From a virus, in the IMG/VR virus record IMGVR_UViG_3300031722_000008, positions 96,541 through 160,540 of that record: DNA of 64,000 nucleotides. The stretch is one strand, 5' to 3'. The notes under the pieces were generated by a model that saw only the letters and a list, made by a program, of their open reading frames with translations, was not told where the DNA came from and made no database searches. Below, one piece after another: positions 27,491 through 37,159 of the stretch (positions are counted from its first letter, which is position 1; every line of letters begins with the position of its first letter). The position numbers and the translations under genes were made by a program.

Positions 27491-28336
27491 TTATTTTGTC
27501 CAGGCTCCTGATTCATCAACTTTGAACCCATCAGGAGTAACCATGTTTGAAGCCATGACACCATCACTAAAGAAATAGTAACATTCTCCATTAATCCATA
27601 TCCATTCGTTCTTAGCCATCTTACATGAAGATTTTAACCAATACCAACGTCCTCCATCTTGAACCCATGAAGATTGTTTAGCATATCCATCGATATCAAA
27701 TAAATAATATTCTCCATCAATGAACTTCCATTGATCCTTGTAGTAATATTCATTAGCAACATCAGTACAATACCACCAACCTTTAGGATAAAGATTCCAG
27801 CCTAAATTAACTACTGATTGACCAGTTAATCCTTTTACTATTGCATTAGCTATCGCTTCTGCTCCTAATGAATTATATTGATTTGTATCAGATTCATTGT
27901 CACAGAAACATATTTCTATTAGCATCGCAGTCATTGAAGGCCTTGCAACCATAGCTAAATGACTACCATCTTTTATTCCTCTATCAGTGAATCCCATATT
28001 AACTATATTATTTAGTACATTTCTAGCTTGTGGCACCTCTTTGGCATTATAAGTAAACACTTCTGTTCCATGCCCATTTCCATCACTTGCGTTAGCATGA
28101 ATACTAATACAGTAATCACAGTTGTTATTATTTGCTTCAATGTATCTTTGATATAAGCTATTACTTACACTTGAAGCATAAGATGGTCTTGTTTGAATTA
28201 CCTCATTACCAATAGCAACTAATTTAGATACCACTAATTCACCAACCATATCGATTATAGTTTCTTCAGGTATATATCCACCAGCACCTCTATCTTGGCC
28301 AACGCCATGACCAAAATCTATCGCATATTTACTCAT
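27491..28336 (-). CDS. endolysin: N-acetylmuramoyl-L-alanine amidase (Amidase_3) with cell-wall-binding repeats
   Basis: IDFGHG, ISIHANA, GTEV, AMLIEICFCDN; C-terminal W-rich repeats. Confidence 0.93.
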   Translation of the reverse strand: MSKYAIDFGHGVGQDRGAGGYIPEETIIDMVGELVVSKLVAIGNEVIQTRPSYASSVSNSLYQRYIEANNNNCDYCISIHANASDGNGHGTEVFTYNAKEVPQARNVLNNIVNMGFTDRGIKDGSHLAMVARPSMTAMLIEICFCDNESDTNQYNSLGAEAIANAIVKGLTGQSVVNLGWNLYPKGWWYCTDVANEYYYKDQWKFIDGEYYLFDIDGYAKQSSWVQDGGRWYWLKSSCKMAKNEWIWINGECYYFFSDGVMASNMVTPDGFKVDESGAWTK

Positions 28337-28351
28337 CTATATCATCCTTTC

Positions 28352-29347
28352 TTATTTAACTTCTACTATAAAGCAGTCATATCCTAATTCTTTTAATTTG
28401 TTTTGCATAGCTACAGCGTTATCTCTGACTTTAAATACTCCACATTGAACCTTGAATAAGTCAGGGTATATTCTTACGCAGCTGTCGATACCTTTCTTGC
28501 TTAATTCTAAAACTAATTCGTCAGCATATGCTCTAACTTTAAATGCACCAAGTTGTACTCTGTAAAGAATGCTACCTACTGGTGTAGGTCCTGGTGTTGG
28601 AGTAGGAGGTTTAACTACTTTCTCATCTGTAAGTGTCCATAATTCTTTGATTATTGATGAACTTAAATCCAAATGAACATAACCATTATCACCTAAGTTA
28701 CCCCAACTATTAAGGATTTTTAATTTATCACCTTTAAATCCAACGATTAACATACAGTGACCTCCACAAAGTTTTCCTGAAGGTTCACTAGGAATATTAC
28801 CGCCATTTGTTTGAAGTTCATAGAAGTTATCATATACTTTAACTGTTATGATAATAGGCTTTTTCTCTACAGTTAAATATCTCTTTATATCTTCAACATT
28901 TAACCTCACATATCCCTTACTCTTATTCGAAGTTGCCTTTTGGAATAATAATTCCTTTCCATATTTATCAAGGAAAGCAATTATCCCAGGATACTCTTCA
29001 TTAACAGGAAAGTCTTTATTTAAAACATTTCCTTCTTTTACTAAATGTGCAAGTGCTTCTCTAACTATCATTCCTGAACCTTGGAAATCAGAATCAGATC
29101 TATTTGCATAAATAAATCCAACAGAGAATTGTTCATTAGCTTGCTTGACAATTTCCTCACATTCACTCAAGGAATGAGCTACGCAACTACCTACTTTGAA
29201 TTGATTCTTTGGCCCAAATTGATATGGCACATCTAACTCATAAGGTATTGTGACCTCACCATCAGCGCAAGCGATGTCTGAGTAAAGCACATCCCTCTCA
29301 TCGTCTGGTGAACCTAAACAAGTTAATTTATAATTTTTAATATCCAT
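28352..29347 (-). CDS. papain-like (C1) cysteine peptidase with C-terminal tandem SPOR repeats
   Basis: NQFKVGSCVAHS, GGHCMLIVGF, ILNSWG; PT linker; LYRVQLGAF / FKVQCGVF. Confidence 0.88.
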   Translation of the reverse strand: MDIKNYKLTCLGSPDDERDVLYSDIACADGEVTIPYELDVPYQFGPKNQFKVGSCVAHSLSECEEIVKQANEQFSVGFIYANRSDSDFQGSGMIVREALAHLVKEGNVLNKDFPVNEEYPGIIAFLDKYGKELLFQKATSNKSKGYVRLNVEDIKRYLTVEKKPIIITVKVYDNFYELQTNGGNIPSEPSGKLCGGHCMLIVGFKGDKLKILNSWGNLGDNGYVHLDLSSSIIKELWTLTDEKVVKPPTPTPGPTPVGSILYRVQLGAFKVRAYADELVLELSKKGIDSCVRIYPDLFKVQCGVFKVRDNAVAMQNKLKELGYDCFIVEVK

Positions 29348-29757
29348 TATTTATTTTCCTCCTCATTATCATTTTTATCATTATCTTTTTTCTTTCCAAT
29401 ACTTATATTAAACCTTTTTAATATAAAGTCCAATATCTCTCCATTATAAAATTTATAAATATATTTATAACCACCAGCACCAGCTACAAAACTATAAAAT
29501 ATTAATGCTTTGTAACCTCCATAAGAAGCGATTATAGTATTCTCGAAAAAAAACAATGCGAATGTTGATGTAATACTTGTTATAATTATTTTATTTACTT
29601 CGACTTTGTCATTTTTATTTCTTATTAACTCATATATTTCATGCAGATATGAGCCAATCAAGGCAAAAATAAATATCAATAGAAAAATAATAATTGAATT
29701 AAGAACGTCGTTGACTTGAAGCCCCATGGCATTTAATGTATCTAGTAATATCTGCAT
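29347..29757 (-). CDS. multi-TM holin-like membrane protein
   Basis: About three hydrophobic segments and a charged C-terminus. Start placed at ATG 29757 behind GGAGG. Confidence 0.6.
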   Translation of the reverse strand: MQILLDTLNAMGLQVNDVLNSIIIFLLIFIFALIGSYLHEIYELIRNKNDKVEVNKIIITSITSTFALFFFENTIIASYGGYKALIFYSFVAGAGGYKYIYKFYNGEILDFILKRFNISIGKKKDNDKNDNEEENK

Positions 29758-29776
29758 ATCATCTCCTCCATTATTT

Positions 29777-30721
29777 TCAAACTTTACTAACACCTCTTGC
29801 TATTCCAATGAAACCTAGTAATAGGATTATTGTTATTAATATCCCAGTACCTTTTAGGTTATTGTTTATAGTGTCATATTTATCTTCAGTATTTTTTATT
29901 GTACTTTCATAGTATTGAAGTAAATCTGCATGATTTGCTTTTAAATCATCATATACGTTGAATCCTTGAATGAATACAATTTTATCATTATCTGTTTTAA
30001 TGCCATTCTGATCTATATCTTCTATGCCAAAAATATCAGAATCTTGTCTTAGGTAACTTGCAGTTAAAAATTCTACGTATTCGAATCCTTTAGCTCCATA
30101 CTTATCGAATAATTTTTGTAGTTCGGACTCATCCATTTTTACTGGCAGATAATATCCATCAGGTGTAGGTAAGTACATCCAGAAGCTATAATCTTTATTT
30201 GTCTGATTCATGAAACCATTTATGGCTATTCTTGCAAGAGGTTTATTATTTTGTTTAGCTATCTCATTGTCTATTGTAAACACTTCACCCAATTCAAATG
30301 CACAATTATGAGATGTATCAGCTACCTTTCCTAATTTAGTCCAAACATTCATATCATTGTTATCATTTTTTACATTCAGAAATTTGCCCTGTATATTACT
30401 TTTCAATATATGATATATTGGGTAATCTCCTATGACACTCAAATCATGCTTCAACGCATCTTTATTTGGGTATGCTTTGAGTATATCTTTTTCTGCTGAA
30501 TCTTTAACGATATCTGCTTGCACTTTTGCTTTGTCAATATTTTCATCAACGATAGCCATGATAGCGATGTACTCTTGTTCCTTTGTCCTTTCTATATCAT
30601 TCCTCTTTAGTTCTTCCATAGTCTGCGACGTAGTTAAAACTGAATAAATATTAGCTCCTAATATTAAAGCTATTATTACTGAAACTACCATTATTGTTAT
30701 TGAATATTTTCTTTCTTTCAT
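29777..30721 (-). CDS. membrane protein with two terminal TMs and a large extracytoplasmic domain
   Basis: TM at about residues 8-28 and at the C-terminus, around a soluble domain of about 260 aa. Confidence 0.7.
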   Translation of the reverse strand: MKERKYSITIMVVSVIIALILGANIYSVLTTSQTMEELKRNDIERTKEQEYIAIMAIVDENIDKAKVQADIVKDSAEKDILKAYPNKDALKHDLSVIGDYPIYHILKSNIQGKFLNVKNDNNDMNVWTKLGKVADTSHNCAFELGEVFTIDNEIAKQNNKPLARIAINGFMNQTNKDYSFWMYLPTPDGYYLPVKMDESELQKLFDKYGAKGFEYVEFLTASYLRQDSDIFGIEDIDQNGIKTDNDKIVFIQGFNVYDDLKANHADLLQYYESTIKNTEDKYDTINNNLKGTGILITIILLLGFIGIARGVSKV

Positions 30722-30785
30722 CTATTTTTATCCTCCTATTAAATTTAATATTCAATTATTATTTCTATCACTTAATTCTAACATC

Positions 30786-30843
30786 AAAATAACTAAATAA
30801 AAAGGAAGGTGAAATTTCACCTTCCTTTTTATTTAGTTATTTT
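30786..30843. repeat. perfect 58-bp palindrome (probably includes the tail-fibre operon terminator)
   Basis: AAAATAACTAAATAAAAAGGAAGGTGAAA immediately followed by its exact reverse complement. Confidence 0.9.
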
Positions 30844-30849
30844 TAACTA

Positions 30850-31020
30850 CTAAGCAACTACTGTTTGCATAGCTATATACTCAGCTACAGCAGCTCTGTA
30901 ATCTAGTTTCGGATCAGTATTAGTTGGTACTACTGGCTTAGTGCTACCTTCTACTGGTTCTAAATCCCATCTACCACCCTTAACTAAAATAGCATAGCAT
31001 GTTATTAAATATGGTTTCAT
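30850..31020 (-). CDS. CD1375-like small protein (56 aa, not in ORF track)
   Basis: GGAGG RBS; MKPYLITCYAILVKGGRWDLE...YRAAVAEYIA; usual position after tail-fibre genes. Confidence 0.7.
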   Translation of the reverse strand: MKPYLITCYAILVKGGRWDLEPVEGSTKPVVPTNTDPKLDYRAAVAEYIAMQTVVA

Positions 31021-31073
31021 TATATTGCACCTCCCAAAATATTACTTTTACATACTTATTCTACGCTTTATTT

Positions 31074-31349
31074 CTAAGAAAGTCCAGCATTTGCTTTTAA
31101 AATTTCAACTTCCATTGTAAGTGAAATTATTGCTTCTGCCATATCCATACTGCCTTGGTCTACTGGGTCATTCATCATAGGCGTATCTATTTGAGGTTGT
31201 GGTTTGCCGTCAGGGTATTTAGCCCTGAATTCAGCAAACATTGCTTTCTCTGTTTCTGTTGCTCCTTCTTCGTATATGCACTTTGTGCCATCTTCACTAT
31301 CGATATATAATATTCCATCTCTTAAATCTGTTTTGTCAAAATTTAACAC
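31074..31349 (-). CDS. putative tail-fibre chaperone or accessory protein
   Basis: Position after fibres; C-terminal short coiled coil DMAEAIISLTMEVEILKA. Confidence 0.55.
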   Translation of the reverse strand: MLNFDKTDLRDGILYIDSEDGTKCIYEEGATETEKAMFAEFRAKYPDGKPQPQIDTPMMNDPVDQGSMDMAEAIISLTMEVEILKANAGLS

Positions 31350-31360
31350 TTGAGCACCTC

Positions 31361-34036
31361 CTATACTTTTTCTCTACAATCTATAGTTATTTTCCAAGTT
31401 CCGAGTCCTTGAACATATACGCCCCTAGTAGGAACTTGACTTTTTAATGCAGGATTATTATTTAAAACTGATATAACTATACCATTTTCCTGAATCCTAA
31501 CTAAGGTTAAATAACTGTCATTAAGTGTTCCAACGCCTGGACACCAAATACCACCTACTTTAACAGTAACATTTGGCTTGGCAACTTTTTTAGGTGACAT
31601 AGGAACAAATAACAAAAGACCTACAGGATAACCATCTGTTATTGCCCATGTAATAGGATATCCATCCATTAAATAAATTTCCTCGTATATACTTTTATCT
31701 ATTAATGTATCCAGAACGGTATCGTGTACTTGTCTGCTGTCAACTTCTTCTTGTACTTGATTTAATACACTTATTATATCATAAACATAACTACAAGCTA
31801 TGCTACCTATTTGCGGTGCTTGCGTTGCTAGTATCTTGTAGTCAACGGTATAGGCTGCTGATGCGTCAAATCCGTTAGTACTTGCAAGCATATTTGCTTT
31901 ACCATATCCATTTGAATAGGCAGGATTAGTAGTCTGGTATATATTCCAAGCTGAACTATTATATATGCCATTCTTAAATATATTCAATACCCAATCTGAC
32001 TTATATCTAAACATACTACCACCAAGATCATTCATGTAGTAGAGACTATCAGTAGAGTTATACCATGGAGAATTAGCTTCCCCAATAACAATACCGCTGT
32101 CAATAAATAAATAATTGTCTCCTTCTTCTATTTGAGGTATATCTCCATGCACTCTACAATTAGCGTCTGTAAGTGTCTCAGGGTTAGTTAATTTGTAGTG
32201 CAATTGGTACCCCTCATATCCTGGGGCAATATTATTTATACAATAGCTAAGTATTCTTGTGTCAGTAGAACCATTATCTATCCTTACAACTTGTGAACCT
32301 GAAGGGGAACTAGCACCACAAGGAGTAGATAATGTCAAAGTGTTACCACTTATACTTCCTATAATTGCAGAACCTACTGTTCCTATATATACTGATTCAC
32401 CTGCAATAAACTTTGAACCATCTGCAACTACTAAGGTTGTTGAATTAGCCGCATAAGCTGAAGTCGCAGTGGTTTGAGGTACTACTAAAGGTAAACTTCC
32501 ATCAACTAAACTTGCCCATATGAAGTATCTATTGCTAGCATTTGGACCTCCCCATGACTTCCAACCATTCATCCATGCTTTTATCTCGTTTGAATTAGGA
32601 TTTATTCCTTCTGCAAATCCTGTATCCACATCTTTAACTGCTAAATACATGTCGTTGAGAGCATCAAGACAACTTACATCTTTTGAGTTTGCATCAAATA
32701 CGTCTTGATGTGCCAATACACTTCCATCATATTTGACAACTTTTTCTGAGAACGCAACTCCTCTTAAAGCAGAAACCGAGCTTGGAATTCTTATGGATTT
32801 TGCACCAGTTAAATCAGAGCCAAATTGCCAAGCATAGTCTTTACCGAACAAAGGCGATGGGTGCTTCACATTCTTTGACCCATCTACTTTTCCATTTTCG
32901 TAAGTAACGCTATCACCGTCAGCTAGTTTAGTTTCTAGAACTACTCTTTCTATCTCACTTGATTTATAGAAAGCTGGAGCAACTGTTCCTTCTACCAACA
33001 TAATGGAATCAAAATAAGCAGTTCCGACAGTAGAGGAATATCTAACAATTCTTATAGATGTATTGTTTCCACTATTGAATGTTCCAACTCCATTGAATAA
33101 TGTGACAGAGCCATCCAAATTATCAACCTTAATTTTAGCAGTCCCAGTACCATTACTTAGGTTTGCACTTAAGACGTAATCAGTATTAGGTCTAACATTA
33201 ATTATTTCAAATTCTGAATCGCTTATTGCGGAATTTGAAAACTTGAATTTACCGTTTTCCACTATCGATTTACCATTAGCATATGACACCCATCCTGCTG
33301 ATCCGTCTTCAGTGTTACCATTTATGACTAAGTTATTATGGCGAATCTCAAAATAAGGATTAGTAAGGCAAGCATAGCTGTCAACGTAAGGCGAAGGTAC
33401 AAAACTAGAATCTGCATACTGTGCTGCGGTTATCTCTTCTAACATAGCGCCATCAACATATGCATACTTACCATTTTCAGTGAATCCAAATGGGTGCAAC
33501 AGTATACTAGTTGCGTTCACTAGTTCACTTGGTTGTAGCTTTATAAAACACCTAGTAAACTTAGTTGAATCAGTAACTACTCCTGCACCTTTCCATCCTT
33601 TCGGATTAGCTCCATTAATTATTTCTGCCGATAATTGAATTCCCGCTGCAGTATTTCCATTTTTAATATATGAACTAAGACAGTAATATTTTGTTTTGTC
33701 CATTATTGATATTGCTTCTTTGAATAAATTTGAACCCTCTGCGCTATTACCCGTAACTTTTATTCCATTGCTACCAAACACTTTGTTTGAAGAGTCCAAT
33801 GTTAATACTGCATTCCATGTGCCCCATTTACTCACATCTTCACAATTCCCATCACGCCCCAATAAATTAACAATTGTCTTTCCCTTTATAGTGAACTTAG
33901 GAGAAGTGTTAGTTCTCCCAGTACTCTTTATTACATTATTCATACCGAACCCTATTACAGGGTTCACTGTATTTACTTTATCAAGTTCTGCTAAGAACTC
34001 TGGACTCATATCTTCTCTTTTTAATATTCCTGACAT
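31361..34036 (-). CDS. tail fibre / receptor-binding protein with carbohydrate-binding-like beta domains
   Basis: NLLGRDGNCED...YVDGAML and NLVINGNTE...YFDSIML jelly-roll-type repeats; position in tail module. Confidence 0.7.
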   Translation of the reverse strand: MSGILKREDMSPEFLAELDKVNTVNPVIGFGMNNVIKSTGRTNTSPKFTIKGKTIVNLLGRDGNCEDVSKWGTWNAVLTLDSSNKVFGSNGIKVTGNSAEGSNLFKEAISIMDKTKYYCLSSYIKNGNTAAGIQLSAEIINGANPKGWKGAGVVTDSTKFTRCFIKLQPSELVNATSILLHPFGFTENGKYAYVDGAMLEEITAAQYADSSFVPSPYVDSYACLTNPYFEIRHNNLVINGNTEDGSAGWVSYANGKSIVENGKFKFSNSAISDSEFEIINVRPNTDYVLSANLSNGTGTAKIKVDNLDGSVTLFNGVGTFNSGNNTSIRIVRYSSTVGTAYFDSIMLVEGTVAPAFYKSSEIERVVLETKLADGDSVTYENGKVDGSKNVKHPSPLFGKDYAWQFGSDLTGAKSIRIPSSVSALRGVAFSEKVVKYDGSVLAHQDVFDANSKDVSCLDALNDMYLAVKDVDTGFAEGINPNSNEIKAWMNGWKSWGGPNASNRYFIWASLVDGSLPLVVPQTTATSAYAANSTTLVVADGSKFIAGESVYIGTVGSAIIGSISGNTLTLSTPCGASSPSGSQVVRIDNGSTDTRILSYCINNIAPGYEGYQLHYKLTNPETLTDANCRVHGDIPQIEEGDNYLFIDSGIVIGEANSPWYNSTDSLYYMNDLGGSMFRYKSDWVLNIFKNGIYNSSAWNIYQTTNPAYSNGYGKANMLASTNGFDASAAYTVDYKILATQAPQIGSIACSYVYDIISVLNQVQEEVDSRQVHDTVLDTLIDKSIYEEIYLMDGYPITWAITDGYPVGLLLFVPMSPKKVAKPNVTVKVGGIWCPGVGTLNDSYLTLVRIQENGIVISVLNNNPALKSQVPTRGVYVQGLGTWKITIDCREKV

Positions 34037-34051
34037 TATTCATTCCTCCTT

Positions 34052-36616
34052 CTATGCTATAGTAGTAGCTACAATTACATTAGAGCTGTTTAATGACCAA
34101 TATACTATATATCCATCACTTCTTTTCTCTATAGTAGTAGTATAATCTCTGCTTTCTAGAGCTGTCACAGCAGATATATTTTTAGTTCTCATAAATTTTA
34201 CGAGTAAATTTGCCTTGTTATTTCCAAATGTATTTCCGTTTACGGAACTTTGTAGGTGATTATAGTTGCAGACTGTTCCAAATATATTATAACTACAGTC
34301 ACAAGATAAATTGTTTCCACCGCATCCATTACCAAACGTGTTGTTAAAACTATCACTTGCCATATAATTGTCATTACAGCTATCCCCAAATGTATTATGA
34401 TGACATCCACCAGCAAAACTGTTATTACAACAACTTGAGACAAAATTATTTGAATAGCATGTTGAACCGAATGTGTTACTACCACAGTTTGCACCAAATG
34501 TATTATTGTTACAATTTGCTCCAAATATATTAGAGGCACAACCAGTTCCAAATGTAGTATGGTGACAATCACTACCAAAAACATTTCCACTACAGTTGTC
34601 TGCTAGCACAGAGGCGTTAAAGGCTACTCCAAATATGTTATTGCAACATGTAGTACCTAAAATATTATTATAGAAGCTACTCATGAACATATTACTATTA
34701 CTATTTCTGCCTATTATATTTGAATAACAGTTAGCTCCAAATGTATTAGCTCCACAGCCACTCTTTAGTATATTATTATAACAAGCCCCTCCAAATATAT
34801 TATTCCCAACTGATGCTTCAAATGTATTATCATAGCAACTTGAACCAAAGGAGTTATAATTGCAGTTATTTCCAAATATATTTCTGAAACAGTTTGAACC
34901 AAATGAGTTTCTCATAGTGTCACCTAAAAATGTATTGAGGTCAAACTCACTACCAAAGTCACAACTATAGCAGTATCCAAAGAAAGTATTACTGTAACAG
35001 CCACTTCCAAATGAACAAGTCATTACATCTCCCATAAAGACATTATTAGGTAATAAATATTTGGGATTGTATGATCCATATATAGTAGCTCCGATAGTAA
35101 TTCTATCATGACTCTTCATAAATGTTAGGTATTCTTTATACGTGGCAGACTTCTGCAAGGTGATATCCTGTGTTCCTGTAGTACTGACCTTTAAATCTCT
35201 TAGCATAGCTCCTACAGTTATGTCTTGATATACTGGTATAAAAAATGCACTATCTGTAGCACTTGAAGGTGCAGTATCAAATCTCCAAGCTTTGTATATT
35301 GCGTTGCCACTCTTATATAAAACATTAGGGAGGGCTATTCCGCTAGTCCACACTGAATAGTTAGTTAGTGTTGTGCCTATTAGATATTGACTAGGATTTG
35401 GTAGATACCTAGCCCACAACATTGTTCTCCAGTCCAGAGGTGCATTTGTGCTAACATTAGGACTTTCATCTATTCTTCTAAGTATAAATCCTGTCCTGCT
35501 TGTAGTACCATCTTCGCACAAGTTTAATGAAAAATCATAGTGGATTGTGTCCTGTGGGTAGTCCAGTGAACTACATACTTTTGCAAATGTACTGTCGCTA
35601 ATAGCTGTAAGAACTAATCTTTCAACTGCCATTTCTTTTATAGCAAGTGTATCAGGTTGTTGATACTTAGTTCTGTAATCACTAAGTACGTATTGAGTTC
35701 CTGGAACTAATGTCTTGTTAGTGACCATCAAAGCTAATTCTGTATAAGTCTTGGTTTGTTGTTTCATATCATCAAGACCTTGAACTCTGTTCGAAGGAAC
35801 TGAATTAATTGCTAAAACTGCTCCTGCTACAGCTCCTTCTGTTCCCATTGGAACATTCTTAAATATATACATTTGAACCCAAGAGCCTATCGATACACCT
35901 TCAGTTAATGTTATATATCCTTTTGTTATAGAGTTATCAGGATTCTCAATTGGATTAGTTATAGAAAAACCAGTCCGAAGTGGAATTGCACTATTCTTTG
36001 CAAGAATCAATGTATCTGTATCTTTATCAAACTGCTCATAAGGAATATCAAACTTAGTTTGATTATTCACAGTAGCTTGCTTTTCATATGGGTAAACAAC
36101 TAATTTAGGTATTCCTGTTTCTGTAACCAATTGTACTTGATTATCAGTATATTGCTTTGCGTGTTCTTCAACCAAAGCAATGTTCTCTTGTATAACTTCG
36201 TCAATATAAACACTCATATCCTTAAGAGATAATAGTGCCTTAGCTACATCAATAGATATAATCTTCATGTTAGCCATATTGATTGTCGCAATTGTAAGTG
36301 CGGTTTCATCAGTAGATTCAGCATTTGATATTGTAAATTCAACCCTTTTATCAACATGAGTGTAAGTCATTTGAAGATATAATTTTCCGAAAGATAACAT
36401 CGAAGGATCGATTTCTATAATTCTTGTTGCAGCATCTTCTTCTATAAATGCACCAGTAATTACGCATCTTCCTGGAGGCAACGAAATCGATGTGTCCGAA
36501 GCTTTCGTTGCCTCGAAGCCAAACATTCTTGCATTGCTACCAACAATAAGATCAATCTTATCATTCAATGCTTTACTTGTTAATTTTTCTTGAAATTTAG
36601 TATTTATAATAATCAT
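34052..36616 (-). CDS. tail fibre/spike protein with C-terminal 9-residue repeat solenoid
   Basis: Baseplate-anchor-like N-terminus; 31 consecutive NxFGxxCxx-type repeats. Confidence 0.7.
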   Translation of the reverse strand: MIIINTKFQEKLTSKALNDKIDLIVGSNARMFGFEATKASDTSISLPPGRCVITGAFIEEDAATRIIEIDPSMLSFGKLYLQMTYTHVDKRVEFTISNAESTDETALTIATINMANMKIISIDVAKALLSLKDMSVYIDEVIQENIALVEEHAKQYTDNQVQLVTETGIPKLVVYPYEKQATVNNQTKFDIPYEQFDKDTDTLILAKNSAIPLRTGFSITNPIENPDNSITKGYITLTEGVSIGSWVQMYIFKNVPMGTEGAVAGAVLAINSVPSNRVQGLDDMKQQTKTYTELALMVTNKTLVPGTQYVLSDYRTKYQQPDTLAIKEMAVERLVLTAISDSTFAKVCSSLDYPQDTIHYDFSLNLCEDGTTSRTGFILRRIDESPNVSTNAPLDWRTMLWARYLPNPSQYLIGTTLTNYSVWTSGIALPNVLYKSGNAIYKAWRFDTAPSSATDSAFFIPVYQDITVGAMLRDLKVSTTGTQDITLQKSATYKEYLTFMKSHDRITIGATIYGSYNPKYLLPNNVFMGDVMTCSFGSGCYSNTFFGYCYSCDFGSEFDLNTFLGDTMRNSFGSNCFRNIFGNNCNYNSFGSSCYDNTFEASVGNNIFGGACYNNILKSGCGANTFGANCYSNIIGRNSNSNMFMSSFYNNILGTTCCNNIFGVAFNASVLADNCSGNVFGSDCHHTTFGTGCASNIFGANCNNNTFGANCGSNTFGSTCYSNNFVSSCCNNSFAGGCHHNTFGDSCNDNYMASDSFNNTFGNGCGGNNLSCDCSYNIFGTVCNYNHLQSSVNGNTFGNNKANLLVKFMRTKNISAVTALESRDYTTTIEKRSDGYIVYWSLNSSNVIVATTIA
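34208..35044 (-). repeat. 27-bp / 9-aa degenerate coding repeat, 31 copies
   Basis: NVFMGDVMT, CSFGSGCYS ... NTFGANCGS, NTFGSTCYS ... NTFGNNKAN, without indels. Confidence 0.9.
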
Positions 36617-36634
36617 TTAAATTCTCCTTTCATC

Positions 36635-37141
36635 CTAGAATTCTATAGCCCAAGATATTTGAAGTGAAAAGTTAGAGCTACTCTTAAGTGAAACAGTGTC
36701 GAAAGTATGTCTCGCAAATATCGTAGCATCTCCAAAGTGTAAACCACATTCATTTACTAATGAATCTATTTCGTCACAATCAAATAATGCAGTGAATGTA
36801 ACCTTTGGATTTGTACCAGCTAAGTTAGTAGTTGCAGCTGCAATATTGACTGCTTTGATTTTACTTAATAAATCTGTATCACCATCAACAGGGTCTATTG
36901 GATTAAATGCATTAACACCTAAATCAGAAGTTCCTCCTTTTCCGATAGACATATCAGTAATTTTAACATCTAGGTTTTCACCTGCTAATGCTCTGATTAG
37001 GAATGAACGTCCGAGCTTAACTATTAGATTGTGATCTGTATGCTCATATGCAATCTCACCAGTTGTTTTATTTATAAGCCTTTTAGTAACTGTTCCTTTT
37101 CCCGAAAAGGAATCTTTAAATATTTTTCCATTTTGAATCAT
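36635..37141 (-). CDS. baseplate / tail-fibre attachment protein
   Basis: HNLIVKLGR...MSIGKGG...VNECGLH...FARHTF...LQISWAIEF, typical of fibre-proximal baseplate proteins. Confidence 0.7.
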   Translation of the reverse strand: MIQNGKIFKDSFSGKGTVTKRLINKTTGEIAYEHTDHNLIVKLGRSFLIRALAGENLDVKITDMSIGKGGTSDLGVNAFNPIDPVDGDTDLLSKIKAVNIAAATTNLAGTNPKVTFTALFDCDEIDSLVNECGLHFGDATIFARHTFDTVSLKSSSNFSLQISWAIEF

Positions 37142-37159
37142 CTTTTTACCTCCTCATGA

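Noticed and set aside
34208-35044. Diversity-generating retroelement target in the Asn-rich fibre repeat
   Set aside because: No reverse transcriptase and no near-identical template/variable repeat pair differing only at adenines is visible in the window.
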